Positions 50,140 to 59,806 of a stretch of 64,000 bases of DNA are shown here, in pieces. Position 1 is the first letter of the stretch. Every line of letters starts with the position of its first letter. A model generated the notes under the pieces. The model did no database searches, had not been told where the DNA came from, and saw only the letters and a program-made list of their open reading frames with translations. The translations under genes and the position numbers were made by a program. The stretch is taken from NCBI GenBank assembly GCA_016931455.1, contig JAFGES010000104.1, positions 2,685 to 66,684 of the forward strand. Direction: 5' to 3'. This stretch comes from Desulfobacterales bacterium (lineage in GTDB: Bacteria; Desulfobacterota; Desulfobacteria; Desulfobacterales; JAHDSC01).

Positions 50140-51828
50140 TTAATGTTTCATTACAAAATCACCATCATGGTTAATTACCGCCCATACAGAGCCTGAATCC
50201 GGGTCTGCACCCCAGGTTCCCAATTCGTATCCGGGTCGCCATGGGCCGTCTATGAACCTTTTGGTTCCACCGGTATTCAAATCCACTGCATTGACCCAGT
50301 TTGATCCATCCCGTGCAGCCAGACAGAAATTTTTCTTCATCTGCTGGGAATGCTTTTCTAGACGTTTACAGCTCATGGAAAGGGTATAGGTATCAGTATT
50401 TTTGCTTTCATTGGAATCGGGTAAAAGACCTGTGAGCTCTGTGTCATAAAGGCTTAGGTTGTCGGCCATTCCCCAGAGGCTGAGTATTTTGCTTGCCGAG
50501 CCATCCACATTATCCGGGTCTGACCATCCCGTATTTACGATTTTAGACAGAGGACGTCCGAGCGAGTCGGTCTCACCGTTGTTGTTTACCCCACTTAGTA
50601 TCTGAACCGTCGTTTTCTGGTACGTATCACTCACCTTAGTGTAGGATTCACCCCGGGCCACCTCGAACTCCTTGCCATTCAGGCTGTAGCCAAATGTGTC
50701 ACGCAAATAAAACGCAAAGTCTGTGGGTGGCGCAATCAAATTGACGTCGCCATAGTCTAAGCCGTGACTGGAGGAATAGAAATCCACGGTTACCCGCGGG
50801 CCGTCAACGGTGAAGATGTAGTAGCCGATAGTATAAAGCTCTTGGTCAAGAGGTGTCTCCCGACCATCATCACCATCACGGGGGGTGTAGAATTTGTAGC
50901 TGTTGGAAGAGCAAATGATCTGGCCGACACTGGACGCACCATCGTCGGACCTGACGGTAGAGCAATGGTGCATGTGGTCGTGACCGCTCAGGTAGTAACG
51001 CACACCGTTGTTACAAAGGCTGTTAAGAAAATAATTCCGAGCCTCGGCATTATCGGTCAGTTGTAACCCGAACAAGTTGTCCTTGTGGTTTTGTCCGATC
51101 AGGTTTTTATGTGCAAATACAAAAGCATGGCGATCCATGGCATTAGCAGAAAGCACTGAGTTCACCCATTCCACCTGATCTACGGCATTGTTATTGTAAT
51201 CCCGGGCTCGATTGTAATTGCTACCGTCAGGCCTGGTGAACTGATCGATGAGGACACAGCGTACATTATTGTAGTCAAACATGTAGGTCAGCCCCTTCAG
51301 GCTATCACTGGCTGAATAGTCGACCGAAAGAATGGGGCTTTTGAAATTCGTGGCGCCGAAGAGTTGATTTCCTTGACCCAGTGTCTGGGGGAAAAGCATG
51401 GGAATTTCCGTTGCCGCAGTGGCACTGGATTCATGATTGCCGCGAACGGGAAAAAAACCGATGCTCTTTTTGTAAAGTGCGGTTGCATATTCCGCCCGGG
51501 TGGGCAAGGTACGCAAACCGGAAACGGTCTCTTTATCAACCAAGTCACCCACTTGGATGACAAATTTGCACCCATGCTGAATAAATTGATCATTTAAGAT
51601 ATTGATTATCGTAGTCGCACAGGATGCCGGATCTACGACCTCAGGCCCGGTTTTCCACTGAGTATCGGCCATGACACTGAATTTCCAAGCCGTATCAGAT
51701 GTTGTCGCAAAGACTCGTTTAGGCCCAAAAAACGGAATATTCAAGCCAGATAAGGCAAAGCTCGCAAGACTGGCGCCGCTGATTTTCAAAAAATTCCTTC
51801 TGTCCAAATCTTTCATTTTTACCTCCAT
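50140..51828 (-). CDS. Tat-exported calcineurin-like metallophosphoesterase
   Basis: DRRNFLK Tat signal; ADTQ, GDLVD, RGNHE, AHK, GHDH. Confidence 0.9.
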   Translation of the reverse strand: MEVKMKDLDRRNFLKISGASLASFALSGLNIPFFGPKRVFATTSDTAWKFSVMADTQWKTGPEVVDPASCATTIINILNDQFIQHGCKFVIQVGDLVDKETVSGLRTLPTRAEYATALYKKSIGFFPVRGNHESSATAATEIPMLFPQTLGQGNQLFGATNFKSPILSVDYSASDSLKGLTYMFDYNNVRCVLIDQFTRPDGSNYNRARDYNNNAVDQVEWVNSVLSANAMDRHAFVFAHKNLIGQNHKDNLFGLQLTDNAEARNYFLNSLCNNGVRYYLSGHDHMHHCSTVRSDDGASSVGQIICSSNSYKFYTPRDGDDGRETPLDQELYTIGYYIFTVDGPRVTVDFYSSSHGLDYGDVNLIAPPTDFAFYLRDTFGYSLNGKEFEVARGESYTKVSDTYQKTTVQILSGVNNNGETDSLGRPLSKIVNTGWSDPDNVDGSASKILSLWGMADNLSLYDTELTGLLPDSNESKNTDTYTLSMSCKRLEKHSQQMKKNFCLAARDGSNWVNAVDLNTGGTKRFIDGPWRPGYELGTWGADPDSGSVWAVINHDGDFVMKH

Positions 51829-51902
51829 AAATTAAATTCTCTATTTGCAGAAGTCATTAAGTAGATTAACCGCATTACCGGTTATTTTTTTAAAATCTTT
51901 AT

Positions 51903-51940
51903 GTTGGAAATTCATTAGGAAAAAATTAATTTTTGATAAA
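51903..51940 (-). promoter_or_regulatory. Weak Pho-box-like array upstream of the phosphoesterase/phoA operon
   Basis: Minus-strand pentamers TTTAT, TTAAT, CTAAT, CCAAC at exact 11-bp spacing; AT-rich context lowers confidence. Confidence 0.4.
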
Positions 51941-51946
51941 ATCAGT

Positions 51947-51992
51947 AATGCAGACGTGCCGATGCGAGGCAAAATCACGGGTGTCTTTACCG
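51947..51992 (+). repeat. Orphan fragment of the MFS gene at 62533-62578
   Basis: 41/46 nt identical; encodes NADVPMRGKITGVFT versus NADAPMRGKITGAFT. Confidence 0.85.
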
Positions 51993-52021
51993 AGCAGGAA
52001 TCGACCGAGTCGAAAAGTTTC

Positions 52022-52456
52022 TCATTGGAGTTTGGGGCTAAAAATAACAGCTAAGGTGCGGACAATTCCTATTGAAAAAATCAATGCGGAAAACCCGACA
52101 AGATTTTGCCATGTAACTTTTTCATGGGCATAGAGAATGACGATAAGTTCCCGGATAACAAAAATAATGAGAGGGTCCATCATACTATGAAGACGAAATC
52201 GTTTGGCTTTAAAATATTCGATAAAACTTCGGAAAAGTTCCAAGATGACCAAAAAAGACAAAATATCCGTAATAACTTGGCTGAATCTATTGGCGAAATC
52301 TTCCGTAGGAAACAAATCTTTTATTGAGCATACCGTTTTTCCAAGACCGAGCAATAAGATAATAATAATATAAATAATAAGTATATTGATGATCATTTTT
52401 AAGGAGGTCTGAAAAAAGTCTTCAATGCTTTTGTTTTTAAGAAAAATCATTGTCAT
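52022..52456 (-). CDS. psiE: Phosphate-starvation-inducible PsiE-family membrane protein
   Basis: 4 TMs; DILSFLVILELFRS..EYF, IRELI. Confidence 0.85.
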   Translation of the reverse strand: MTMIFLKNKSIEDFFQTSLKMIINILIIYIIIILLLGLGKTVCSIKDLFPTEDFANRFSQVITDILSFLVILELFRSFIEYFKAKRFRLHSMMDPLIIFVIRELIVILYAHEKVTWQNLVGFSALIFSIGIVRTLAVIFSPKLQ

Positions 52457-52509
52457 TTCCTTTTTATGTTAATGAAAATTTATCCCTTTAATCCTTTAAA
52501 GAGATAAAT

Positions 52510-52563
52510 ATCATAAGTTAAGAATGTTACCGTAGTATTAAATTTTCGTTAAATATGAGTGAT
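52510..52563 (-). promoter_or_regulatory. Pho-box-like array plus -10 element for psiE
   Basis: Minus-strand ATCAC, TTAAC, TTAAT, GTAAC every 11 bp, then exactly 10 nt, then TATGAT. Confidence 0.7.
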
Positions 52564-52618
52564 CAATAAAAAGACAATTTCAAAACACCGTCACCCGGGT
52601 TGGGATATTAAAAGATGA

Positions 52619-52672
52619 ATCATTATTTTCTAGCAAAAGATTAACCCTATTCTTACAATCATTGTTTATGGT
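52619..52672 (+). promoter_or_regulatory. Pho-box-like array plus -10 element for the EAL-GGDEF gene
   Basis: ATCAT, CTAGC, TTAAC, CTTAC every 11 bp, then exactly 10 nt, then TATGGT. Confidence 0.6.
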
Positions 52673-52728
52673 CGTTTTTGTTTTAGCCGATGTTATCAGT
52701 TAAATTAACAAAATGATGGGAGAGCAAT

Positions 52729-54630
52729 ATGGTTGAGTTTACGGATCAGAAATGGATATGCCGGCTGAATAAATTGGATTTTGCCTTTCAACCCATAGTG
52801 AACATATATACCGGAAATGCTTTTGGGTTTGAGGCACTGCTAAGGTATCACACGAGCGCGGGCTTTGTTTCAATTGATCATATTTTTGATCAGGCCTATG
52901 AACAAGGCCTACTTCATCAGGTTGATCTGTATTTGCGGCAAAAAGCATTTATTAAATTTGCAAAATTTAAAAAGAAAAGCCACATTAAATTATTCTACAA
53001 TCTTGACAGTCGACTGTTTGATTCTAAAGACTATATCCCGGGAAATACGTTTGGGTTGCTTAAAAAATATGGGTATTCTTTGGATGACGTTTGCTTTGAA
53101 ATATCGGAAAAACATCAGTTTCATAACAATATCGATGTGTCTAAAATTTTGGAGGCTTATCGTTGTCAGGGATATAAGATTGCGGTGGATGACTTTGGGA
53201 CAGGATTTTCAGGCTTACAGCTCTTATATTACGCAGAACCGGATTATATTAAAATAGACCGTTTTTTTATTCAAAATATGGAGAATGATCCCAAAAAGCG
53301 ATTGGTGGTTTCAACTATTGTTAATTTTGCTCATTTCGCCGGAAGCCTTGTTTTGGCGGAGGGGGTTGAGACAAGGGACGAATATAGTCAGTGCAAGGAA
53401 ATCGGGTGCGACATGATACAGGGATATTTTGTGCAGAGGCCACAGCTGGATTTGAATCAATTGAAGAGTCGATATGATGAAATTGGAAAAATATTCAGAG
53501 ATGATAAACGTAATGGATCATTCAAAGATCGTTCCTTAATTTCCAATGAGATAAAGTATATTCAACCAGTGTACTCAGACTGTGATGTCATCACAATATT
53601 TGACAAATTCAGACAAGAGGAAAATGCTTCATTTTTTCCGATTATCAATCGTTATGAAGAGCCGGTTGGAGTGATTCGGGAGACGGCTTTCAAGGAATAC
53701 ATTTTTTCAAAATTCGGACGTCAACTGGCGGAAAATCCTTCGTTTGGAAAAGATATCTCCAAATTTATTACAAAAATCCCCATCGCGGATATTCATTCAT
53801 CGGTTGAAAAGCTCATTGAAACCTATACCCAATACAATAATAATGAGGGATTGATTATGATGGATGATATGAAATATGTGGGACTTTTGAGCACAAAGTC
53901 TCTTTTAAAAATTATCCATGAAAAAAATATTACCCTGGCCCGTAATCAGAATCCTTTGACCAAATTGCCCGGAAATACCATGATTCATGAATACTTTAGC
54001 GAATCCCTGGCAGATTTTAAATCCACCTATCATTTAATATATTTCGATTTTGATAATTTTAAACCTTATAACGACCGGTACGGCTTTAGAAATGGTGACC
54101 GTTTGATTTTGATGTTTGCTGACCTTTTAAAAAAGATTGGATTTTCCGAAAACAGATTTGTCGGTCACATTGGTGGGGATGATTTTTTTATAGGTATTAA
54201 AAATGCGAAACGCAGCGAAATTACGGAAGAAATGACGAGACTTGCCCAACAATTTAAAAAAGATGCGGTAAGTTTTTATGATGAACAAACCAGGAAAAAA
54301 GGCTTTATGATGGAAAAAGACAGAAACGGCGTGGAAAGAAAAATACCTCTGATTACCGTCAGCATTTCCGTGTTGGAGCTTCCCCACGGAGTAAACAGGA
54401 ATTGTTCCATAGAAAATGCCGCCAATATTATTGCTTTGCTGAAAAAAGAAGCCAAGCGATCTGAAACAGGAATATCGTTTGCTAATATCATGGAATTTAT
54501 ATCCCCGGGATCGGACGATTCTCATTGTTTATTAAACAATTTTGCTTTTGAAACAACACCGGATCATTTTTGTGACTTGCATCTTGCAAAAAAGCACAAA
54601 AGTATTTTGAGCAGTACCAGATTGAACTAA
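52729..54630 (+). CDS. EAL-CBS-GGDEF c-di-GMP turnover protein
   Basis: FQPI, EALLR, DDFGTGFS, KIDR, AEGVET, QGY; CBS-like middle; NPLTKLPGN, DNFK.YND.YG, GGDDF. Confidence 0.92.
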   Translation: MVEFTDQKWICRLNKLDFAFQPIVNIYTGNAFGFEALLRYHTSAGFVSIDHIFDQAYEQGLLHQVDLYLRQKAFIKFAKFKKKSHIKLFYNLDSRLFDSKDYIPGNTFGLLKKYGYSLDDVCFEISEKHQFHNNIDVSKILEAYRCQGYKIAVDDFGTGFSGLQLLYYAEPDYIKIDRFFIQNMENDPKKRLVVSTIVNFAHFAGSLVLAEGVETRDEYSQCKEIGCDMIQGYFVQRPQLDLNQLKSRYDEIGKIFRDDKRNGSFKDRSLISNEIKYIQPVYSDCDVITIFDKFRQEENASFFPIINRYEEPVGVIRETAFKEYIFSKFGRQLAENPSFGKDISKFITKIPIADIHSSVEKLIETYTQYNNNEGLIMMDDMKYVGLLSTKSLLKIIHEKNITLARNQNPLTKLPGNTMIHEYFSESLADFKSTYHLIYFDFDNFKPYNDRYGFRNGDRLILMFADLLKKIGFSENRFVGHIGGDDFFIGIKNAKRSEITEEMTRLAQQFKKDAVSFYDEQTRKKGFMMEKDRNGVERKIPLITVSISVLELPHGVNRNCSIENAANIIALLKKEAKRSETGISFANIMEFISPGSDDSHCLLNNFAFETTPDHFCDLHLAKKHKSILSSTRLN

Positions 54631-54676
54631 AAAAAATTTAATTTTATAATATTTAATAGATAGTAAGGAGTAAATC

Positions 54677-54871
54677 ATGATTTTATCACCTTGCCGAAAT
54701 TGTCCGAAAAGAAATCAACCCAAGGATAAATGCATTAAAAATTGTGAACTTATAAAAAAATTGCAGGATATGCAGGTATCATTAAATCAAAAAGTAGAAA
54801 CAAACATAGGTCCTGCCGTCAATTATGCAGAGGAAGGTAGATTTACCATCAATTCCTCCCTGTCTTATTAA
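54677..54871 (+). CDS. Small Cys-rich protein
   Basis: RBS AAGGAG; SPCRNC..C...C. Confidence 0.6.
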   Translation: MILSPCRNCPKRNQPKDKCIKNCELIKKLQDMQVSLNQKVETNIGPAVNYAEEGRFTINSSLSY

Positions 54872-54906
54872 AATTATGCCTACCGATTAATTTCGGTCTA
54901 AATTTT

Positions 54907-55031
54907 GACGGTAGCGTAAAAAGTCCAATTTCTGAGTTGCGCTTCATTCCGCGTTTACTGTGCCATCGATAAGTAAGGCTCATTCCACGAAATTCGCAAC
55001 GTCTCGGAATTGAACTTTTTACTTTTCCGTC
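54907..55031. repeat. ~125-bp palindromic REP/MITE-like element
   Basis: Imperfect ~30-bp terminal inverted repeats GACGGTAGCGTAAAAAGTCCAATTTCTGAG / CTCGGAATTGAACTTTTTACTTTTCCGTC between convergent genes. Confidence 0.75.
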
Positions 55032-55053
55032 TCAATTTTGATTTTTTGCCAAG

Positions 55054-56103
55054 TTAAATTCGATCGGAACGGACAAAAAAAGAGATTCGAGCGGCGGTGA
55101 TTTCGCTGCGGCCTGTAAAAAGAAAAATGAAAACCCATAAAAATTGAAATAATACAATGAGTTCCGGATGCCATAAATTTCTCAAGCCTTGAGACAGGTC
55201 TGCCGGCAGCGGCATTTCAGGTAAGATAACACTGTAGATTAAGGCCGATAGAACTACAATGCCCGATAGATACTGATAGATACTGATATTTTTGCTCCCT
55301 CGAAAATCAGCCCGTACAAATTCGGACAAAATGCGCCAGATTTGAGTCACAAAAATACAGGAGAGGTAGGCGCTTTTATAGTGACCATGTAGAAAAAGAT
55401 AAATTCCAACAAGTCCTATAATGGAATAAATCACGGAGGTGACGGCTTGGATCGCCAGAATCCTGCAGCCGTTCAAGCCGTCGGCATAGGCTGCTTTTTT
55501 GGTTTCACCTTGAAAGACAACACTGAAATAGGATGCCCAGCGTTGAAATTTGGGCGGCAGGGTGTCGATGGGTTTGCCGTAACAACAGCCGAAACTAAGA
55601 CATGCCAGACGCCCGCTGCCTTCGCCGAAAGCGTAACCAATGGCCATGGCTGTGACAAAGGGCAGCACCGGCAGGTATACGCCCCCCCAATAAGAAAAAA
55701 TGGGTTGCAGGATCAAAAGCAGTAAAGGCGCTCCCACCAGCCCGCAGAAGGAGGCACCGCCGATGGTGAAGGTATGCTTTTTCTTTTCCACTAAACGAGC
55801 GATCCATTTGGCACTGGGCACACAGAGTATCAAAATACCGCAGACCGTGAAAGCAATGGTTTTCAACGGTAAACCAACGGCAGTCAGCAAAAGGAAGGTG
55901 ATGAACAGAGCAAATGTGACGGCACAGGCATTAATCAGGCCGTAATAGGTTAAATTGAGGCCCTGCCATTGCCCGTTTTCCTCTTTACGTATGGGGATAG
56001 TGCCGAGGATTTGCCAACGTTCATGAGGAAGATGTTTAAAACCCCAGAAATAAAGAATACCCAAGACCAATGCCACAACAGTGATGAAAATAACGTTTTG
56101 CAT
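55054..56103 (-). CDS. Lgt-like (prolipoprotein diacylglyceryl transferase family) membrane protein
   Basis: Multi-TM; GRLACLSFGCCYGKP and R..SEFVRAD match Lgt signatures; TYYG near the N-terminus. Confidence 0.8.
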   Translation of the reverse strand: MQNVIFITVVALVLGILYFWGFKHLPHERWQILGTIPIRKEENGQWQGLNLTYYGLINACAVTFALFITFLLLTAVGLPLKTIAFTVCGILILCVPSAKWIARLVEKKKHTFTIGGASFCGLVGAPLLLLILQPIFSYWGGVYLPVLPFVTAMAIGYAFGEGSGRLACLSFGCCYGKPIDTLPPKFQRWASYFSVVFQGETKKAAYADGLNGCRILAIQAVTSVIYSIIGLVGIYLFLHGHYKSAYLSCIFVTQIWRILSEFVRADFRGSKNISIYQYLSGIVVLSALIYSVILPEMPLPADLSQGLRNLWHPELIVLFQFLWVFIFLFTGRSEITAARISFFVRSDRI

Positions 56104-56125
56104 ATATACTCCATTATAATATAAA

Positions 56126-57181
56126 TCAGAGTTTCAAATTCGGTAGAGTGCGGGATTTCTTCCGGCTCGCTTCCCGTCGGCGTGCAATGGAAGAGCGCAC
56201 CCGCACATCGGTTTCCACCAGCGGTTTGCCGAACCCTAGACTGTAACGGCTGACAACATCGAACCGGAAGCGATTTTCTATCAGGTCTTTGTCAAATTCG
56301 ACACGATTCTTTTGGAAAAACAGCACGTCCACGGAACTGCCCGGCCGATACAAACTCTTGGGTTGTCCGCGATCAACCATCATGCCGAGTTCCATCGGTT
56401 TTGGTGCGTCGTAGCGATGACTGCTGTAACACTGGACGATTTCCCCGATCATCAATGCTACGATCTCTACCATGGCCACCAGGCCGACATTGGTGCCGCC
56501 GGCAATATCAGTATCGAAAATGGTTATTACTCGTTTGTTTTTGGAAAAGGGTGTTACCTCGGAAATGACGGCACCCGGATTGCAGGAGTGATAATCTCCT
56601 TCCAGGCAATAAAAATCGACCACCCGACCTGAAACCGGGGTATGATTGTAGTGATATTTTTCCGGCGTCAGACGTAAGACGGCAAAATCACCGTTTTTAA
56701 AGGCATCACGCCATTGATTCTTACTTGGACCGAGCAGTTCTTTATAGGTAAAAAATTTCTCCTTGAGAAAAAGCTGATCGGTTTCACAAAAAGAACCCAC
56801 GAGCATTTTGGCATCCGCCGGTGAAACTACAGATGCCGGATCTTGGGGTATGGGGCGACAGTTCCAGTATTTGATTTGACGTTCAAACAGACTCCGGGTG
56901 GACTGTAGGCAATGCTCGGGTTTTACGCATTCCCGAAGCTCGATACCCATAACGGCCATAAGCTTGAGAGCTGCGGTTTTGTTTTGTTTGCGAGAACAAT
57001 CGAAGTTGAGATAACTGAGCAATCGGCTGCTTCGGCCCGAGATCAGGGCTTTGAAAAGCGCCGGTGCTTTTTCACGGGCGGTCCCGTAAAGCCGGCACAC
57101 AAGGCGATCTAGAAACAATGATTCGGTTACGACTCGACCGCTTTCGCGGTTGATATATTGATGGGGTGGCAATGGTCTCAT
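56126..57181 (-). CDS. Phosphatidylserine-decarboxylase-like pyruvoyl enzyme
   Basis: FER, SPAD, RLTPEKYHYNHTP, KNKR, PGSS autocleavage motif. Confidence 0.85.
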   Translation of the reverse strand: MRPLPPHQYINRESGRVVTESLFLDRLVCRLYGTAREKAPALFKALISGRSSRLLSYLNFDCSRKQNKTAALKLMAVMGIELRECVKPEHCLQSTRSLFERQIKYWNCRPIPQDPASVVSPADAKMLVGSFCETDQLFLKEKFFTYKELLGPSKNQWRDAFKNGDFAVLRLTPEKYHYNHTPVSGRVVDFYCLEGDYHSCNPGAVISEVTPFSKNKRVITIFDTDIAGGTNVGLVAMVEIVALMIGEIVQCYSSHRYDAPKPMELGMMVDRGQPKSLYRPGSSVDVLFFQKNRVEFDKDLIENRFRFDVVSRYSLGFGKPLVETDVRVRSSIARRREASRKKSRTLPNLKL

Positions 57182-57188
57182 GGCAAAT

Positions 57189-59600
57189 TTATTTCCCGGT
57201 ATTTTGCCGCTGGTAATGGTGCAAGACCAACAGCAAGAGGTAGATTAATGTTTCGCAGGCGACGGCGGACAGCGATTCGGACAGAACATCCCGCCGGACC
57301 GAGGTTACAAAATCTGAAGCGTTTTTTCCATTAAGAACCCACAAAAGGGCTTGATTGTAATAACCACTACGCCAGGATGGCCAGGAATCCAACTCCCGGA
57401 CACTGTCATGGAAGACGGCGTAGGCTTCGCGTATATGGTTTCTTTTAAGGTCATTACGGTAATAATTTTCAGCCGCCGGATTAAATTCCCGGCTGCTTAA
57501 CTTCATTGCGGAACCTTTTTTGCCGCCGACAATGCGCTCTACGATACGATGGGCGACGGCATGTTGCCGGGGAGAATTAATGCGTTGTTCCAAATCATCC
57601 AGGGTGTTGCTTAGGTTGAGCATCTCGATCAGGCCGTGGCCGTCTCGGCGCAGCAAACGAATGAGAGCGCGCTGATACTCGATGGTTGGAATGCGTATAT
57701 AGTCATTGTAGCGACGGCTGTTGGACGTATTTTGACAGTAATTGATTATGCGCCGCATCAGTTGGTTGCGGCTTTTCCGGTGAACATAGAGTTCGGGAAG
57801 ATCGATGGCCGCGCCGAAGAAAAATTGCCTGCGTTCACTTTCCACAGTGGGATCGTCGGGAATATCGGCATGGGTCACGGTTCGTTGCAGGATGTATTGA
57901 TAGGCCAATAGAGTGATCAGTAACTGCAAATCCACTGCCGGCTGCATATCACGACCGAATTCTTCGAAAAGGCTGTAATGCCTCCCTTCAAATCCTGAAA
58001 ACCCCATCTTTTTAAACTGCCTTAAGCGCAGCAGCATGTAAAGCGGCATGCGATTATCGAAAATTCCCATATCGGAAAGATCAGCTTTAAGGCGTGCCTC
58101 ATTATCGGGCCAGCCGTCCAATGAAGGGCTTTCGTCGGTACTGAGCAAGGATACTAGGTAATCAATCAGTCGAAAATCATTTATCAGATCCCCTTTAAGA
58201 CATAAGATTTTGCTTATTGCGCGATCCAGCCACTCCGGCCCGAAAGGTGTCATCGGATGCCTGAAGAACTTAATATTTGCCTTTTGTTTCCAGCACCGCC
58301 AGATCATGCGCAAATGGGTGTAGTCCAGCTCATGGGGTAAAAATCCCAATACCTTCTCTGGATGAAAATCGCAGAAATCCAGACGATAGGGGGCGGCGGA
58401 ATAGGTTCCTACAAACAGAGGAAGGAAATGCTCGCTGATTTTGATAACCAGGTCACCGAAGTACTTTTCATCTTTTTCACCAAAACCGGCTTGTCCGTCA
58501 GACATCAATTGGGACAGTTTGCGGCTGCCGAGACTTAAGTGGGTGCCGTTGTTGGCCAGACAGATATTGGAGGTGCGCGGCAAGACCACTATGTTGTTGG
58601 CAATGATACCGGCTTCTTTCAGTTTGGCCAGGGTGTTGAGTTGGCTGCGGGAAAGCACTTCATGGCACAGGATCATGTAACGATGTTTGCTTTCGCCCTG
58701 ATCCCATCCGCTAAGGCACGGACTCATAAACAGTTCACGGTAGAAGGCATCCGAAATCAAATCGTTGAGTTGTTTCTGACGTACCGGCGGGTGAGGGGCG
58801 AAGTAAACGACGGCGTGTTGCCCGTGCTCTTTAAGTTTCAGACGACAGTTGGCATATTGCACCAGCAACTGAGTCAACAAATATCGTAAGAGAGTTTCCC
58901 TGACCGCGGATTTGCCCAACCCTTGAGACTGAGAACCATCGACTGTGAAAAAAGAGTGGGTTTCAGGAGAAGTATTGTCGTTTAGGAAATGGGTCATTAT
59001 CTTTGTGCCGGTTTGACGAATAAGGACCGGCACTCCGGATCGGCCGAGAGCCTGGGCCAATGATAATTTCAAAAGATAAGATATCGGAACGCGCAGAAAA
59101 GTCTCTGACTGGTAAGTGGTGAAAAAACTGGCGCTGTCGCATCGCCGCGGACCGTTAATGCGGCGCTTGTCGGCAAGTAAATCTTCATCCAAAACCGATT
59201 TGGCATAAGAATTTAGTGCAGCCAACGGCAGGCGTACCCAACTGTTTTCCCAAATTTGATCGGAGGAAGCCAAATAGCTTTCCAGCGAGGATAGAATTTT
59301 TCGAGGTGCATCTCCGGAAGCCACCCGCTTGACGATATTTTTAAAGTAATTGGATTTTTCGATAGTCTGGGCCAGATCGATTTCTTCGCGTCGACCGGCT
59401 ACAGCTACCTGCAATTCGTTTTCAGTTCCTGCGGTGACATCTCCGAGGGTAAAAGGGAGTTTTTCGATCCAAGTCTTGCAAGATATGTCGGTAATGCCCA
59501 ATAAATCCATAAAGGTCGAAATTTCCATCCGTTCCGGGATGGTTTCCACAACAGATTCAATTAAGGTCAGCCGACAATTTGCCGAAATGGCCTTAGTCAT
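57189..59600 (-). CDS. Large carboxylate-amine ligase of the glutamate-cysteine ligase/glutamine synthetase fold (inferred)
   Basis: GTENELQ (GxExE), NTSPE, NGTHLSLG, LPLFVGTYSAAPY, LRLR..FEGR in canonical order; RBS AGGAGG. Confidence 0.65.
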   Translation of the reverse strand: MTKAISANCRLTLIESVVETIPERMEISTFMDLLGITDISCKTWIEKLPFTLGDVTAGTENELQVAVAGRREEIDLAQTIEKSNYFKNIVKRVASGDAPRKILSSLESYLASSDQIWENSWVRLPLAALNSYAKSVLDEDLLADKRRINGPRRCDSASFFTTYQSETFLRVPISYLLKLSLAQALGRSGVPVLIRQTGTKIMTHFLNDNTSPETHSFFTVDGSQSQGLGKSAVRETLLRYLLTQLLVQYANCRLKLKEHGQHAVVYFAPHPPVRQKQLNDLISDAFYRELFMSPCLSGWDQGESKHRYMILCHEVLSRSQLNTLAKLKEAGIIANNIVVLPRTSNICLANNGTHLSLGSRKLSQLMSDGQAGFGEKDEKYFGDLVIKISEHFLPLFVGTYSAAPYRLDFCDFHPEKVLGFLPHELDYTHLRMIWRCWKQKANIKFFRHPMTPFGPEWLDRAISKILCLKGDLINDFRLIDYLVSLLSTDESPSLDGWPDNEARLKADLSDMGIFDNRMPLYMLLRLRQFKKMGFSGFEGRHYSLFEEFGRDMQPAVDLQLLITLLAYQYILQRTVTHADIPDDPTVESERRQFFFGAAIDLPELYVHRKSRNQLMRRIINYCQNTSNSRRYNDYIRIPTIEYQRALIRLLRRDGHGLIEMLNLSNTLDDLEQRINSPRQHAVAHRIVERIVGGKKGSAMKLSSREFNPAAENYYRNDLKRNHIREAYAVFHDSVRELDSWPSWRSGYYNQALLWVLNGKNASDFVTSVRRDVLSESLSAVACETLIYLLLLVLHHYQRQNTGK

Positions 59601-59806
59601 AGAGTTCCTCCTGAAGCTCCGGTGTGATAGCAGCCGTTCAAAAGTTCATATTTTAAGCCGCCCCTCGTAAAGGCATCGATCTTGTGTTTGGCGGTAATGA
59701 ATCCTTTGTTGAAATTTTGTAAGTTAAACAAAACCGGTTACCATAAAGAACAAAATTGTTTGAGAGTACTTTGATATATCTTGAAGGAAGTTTTTAAGGC
59801 TTAATT

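Noticed and set aside
51845-52133. Short ORFs between the phosphoesterase and psiE
   Set aside because: They span promoter DNA and the orphan MFS fragment; no RBS
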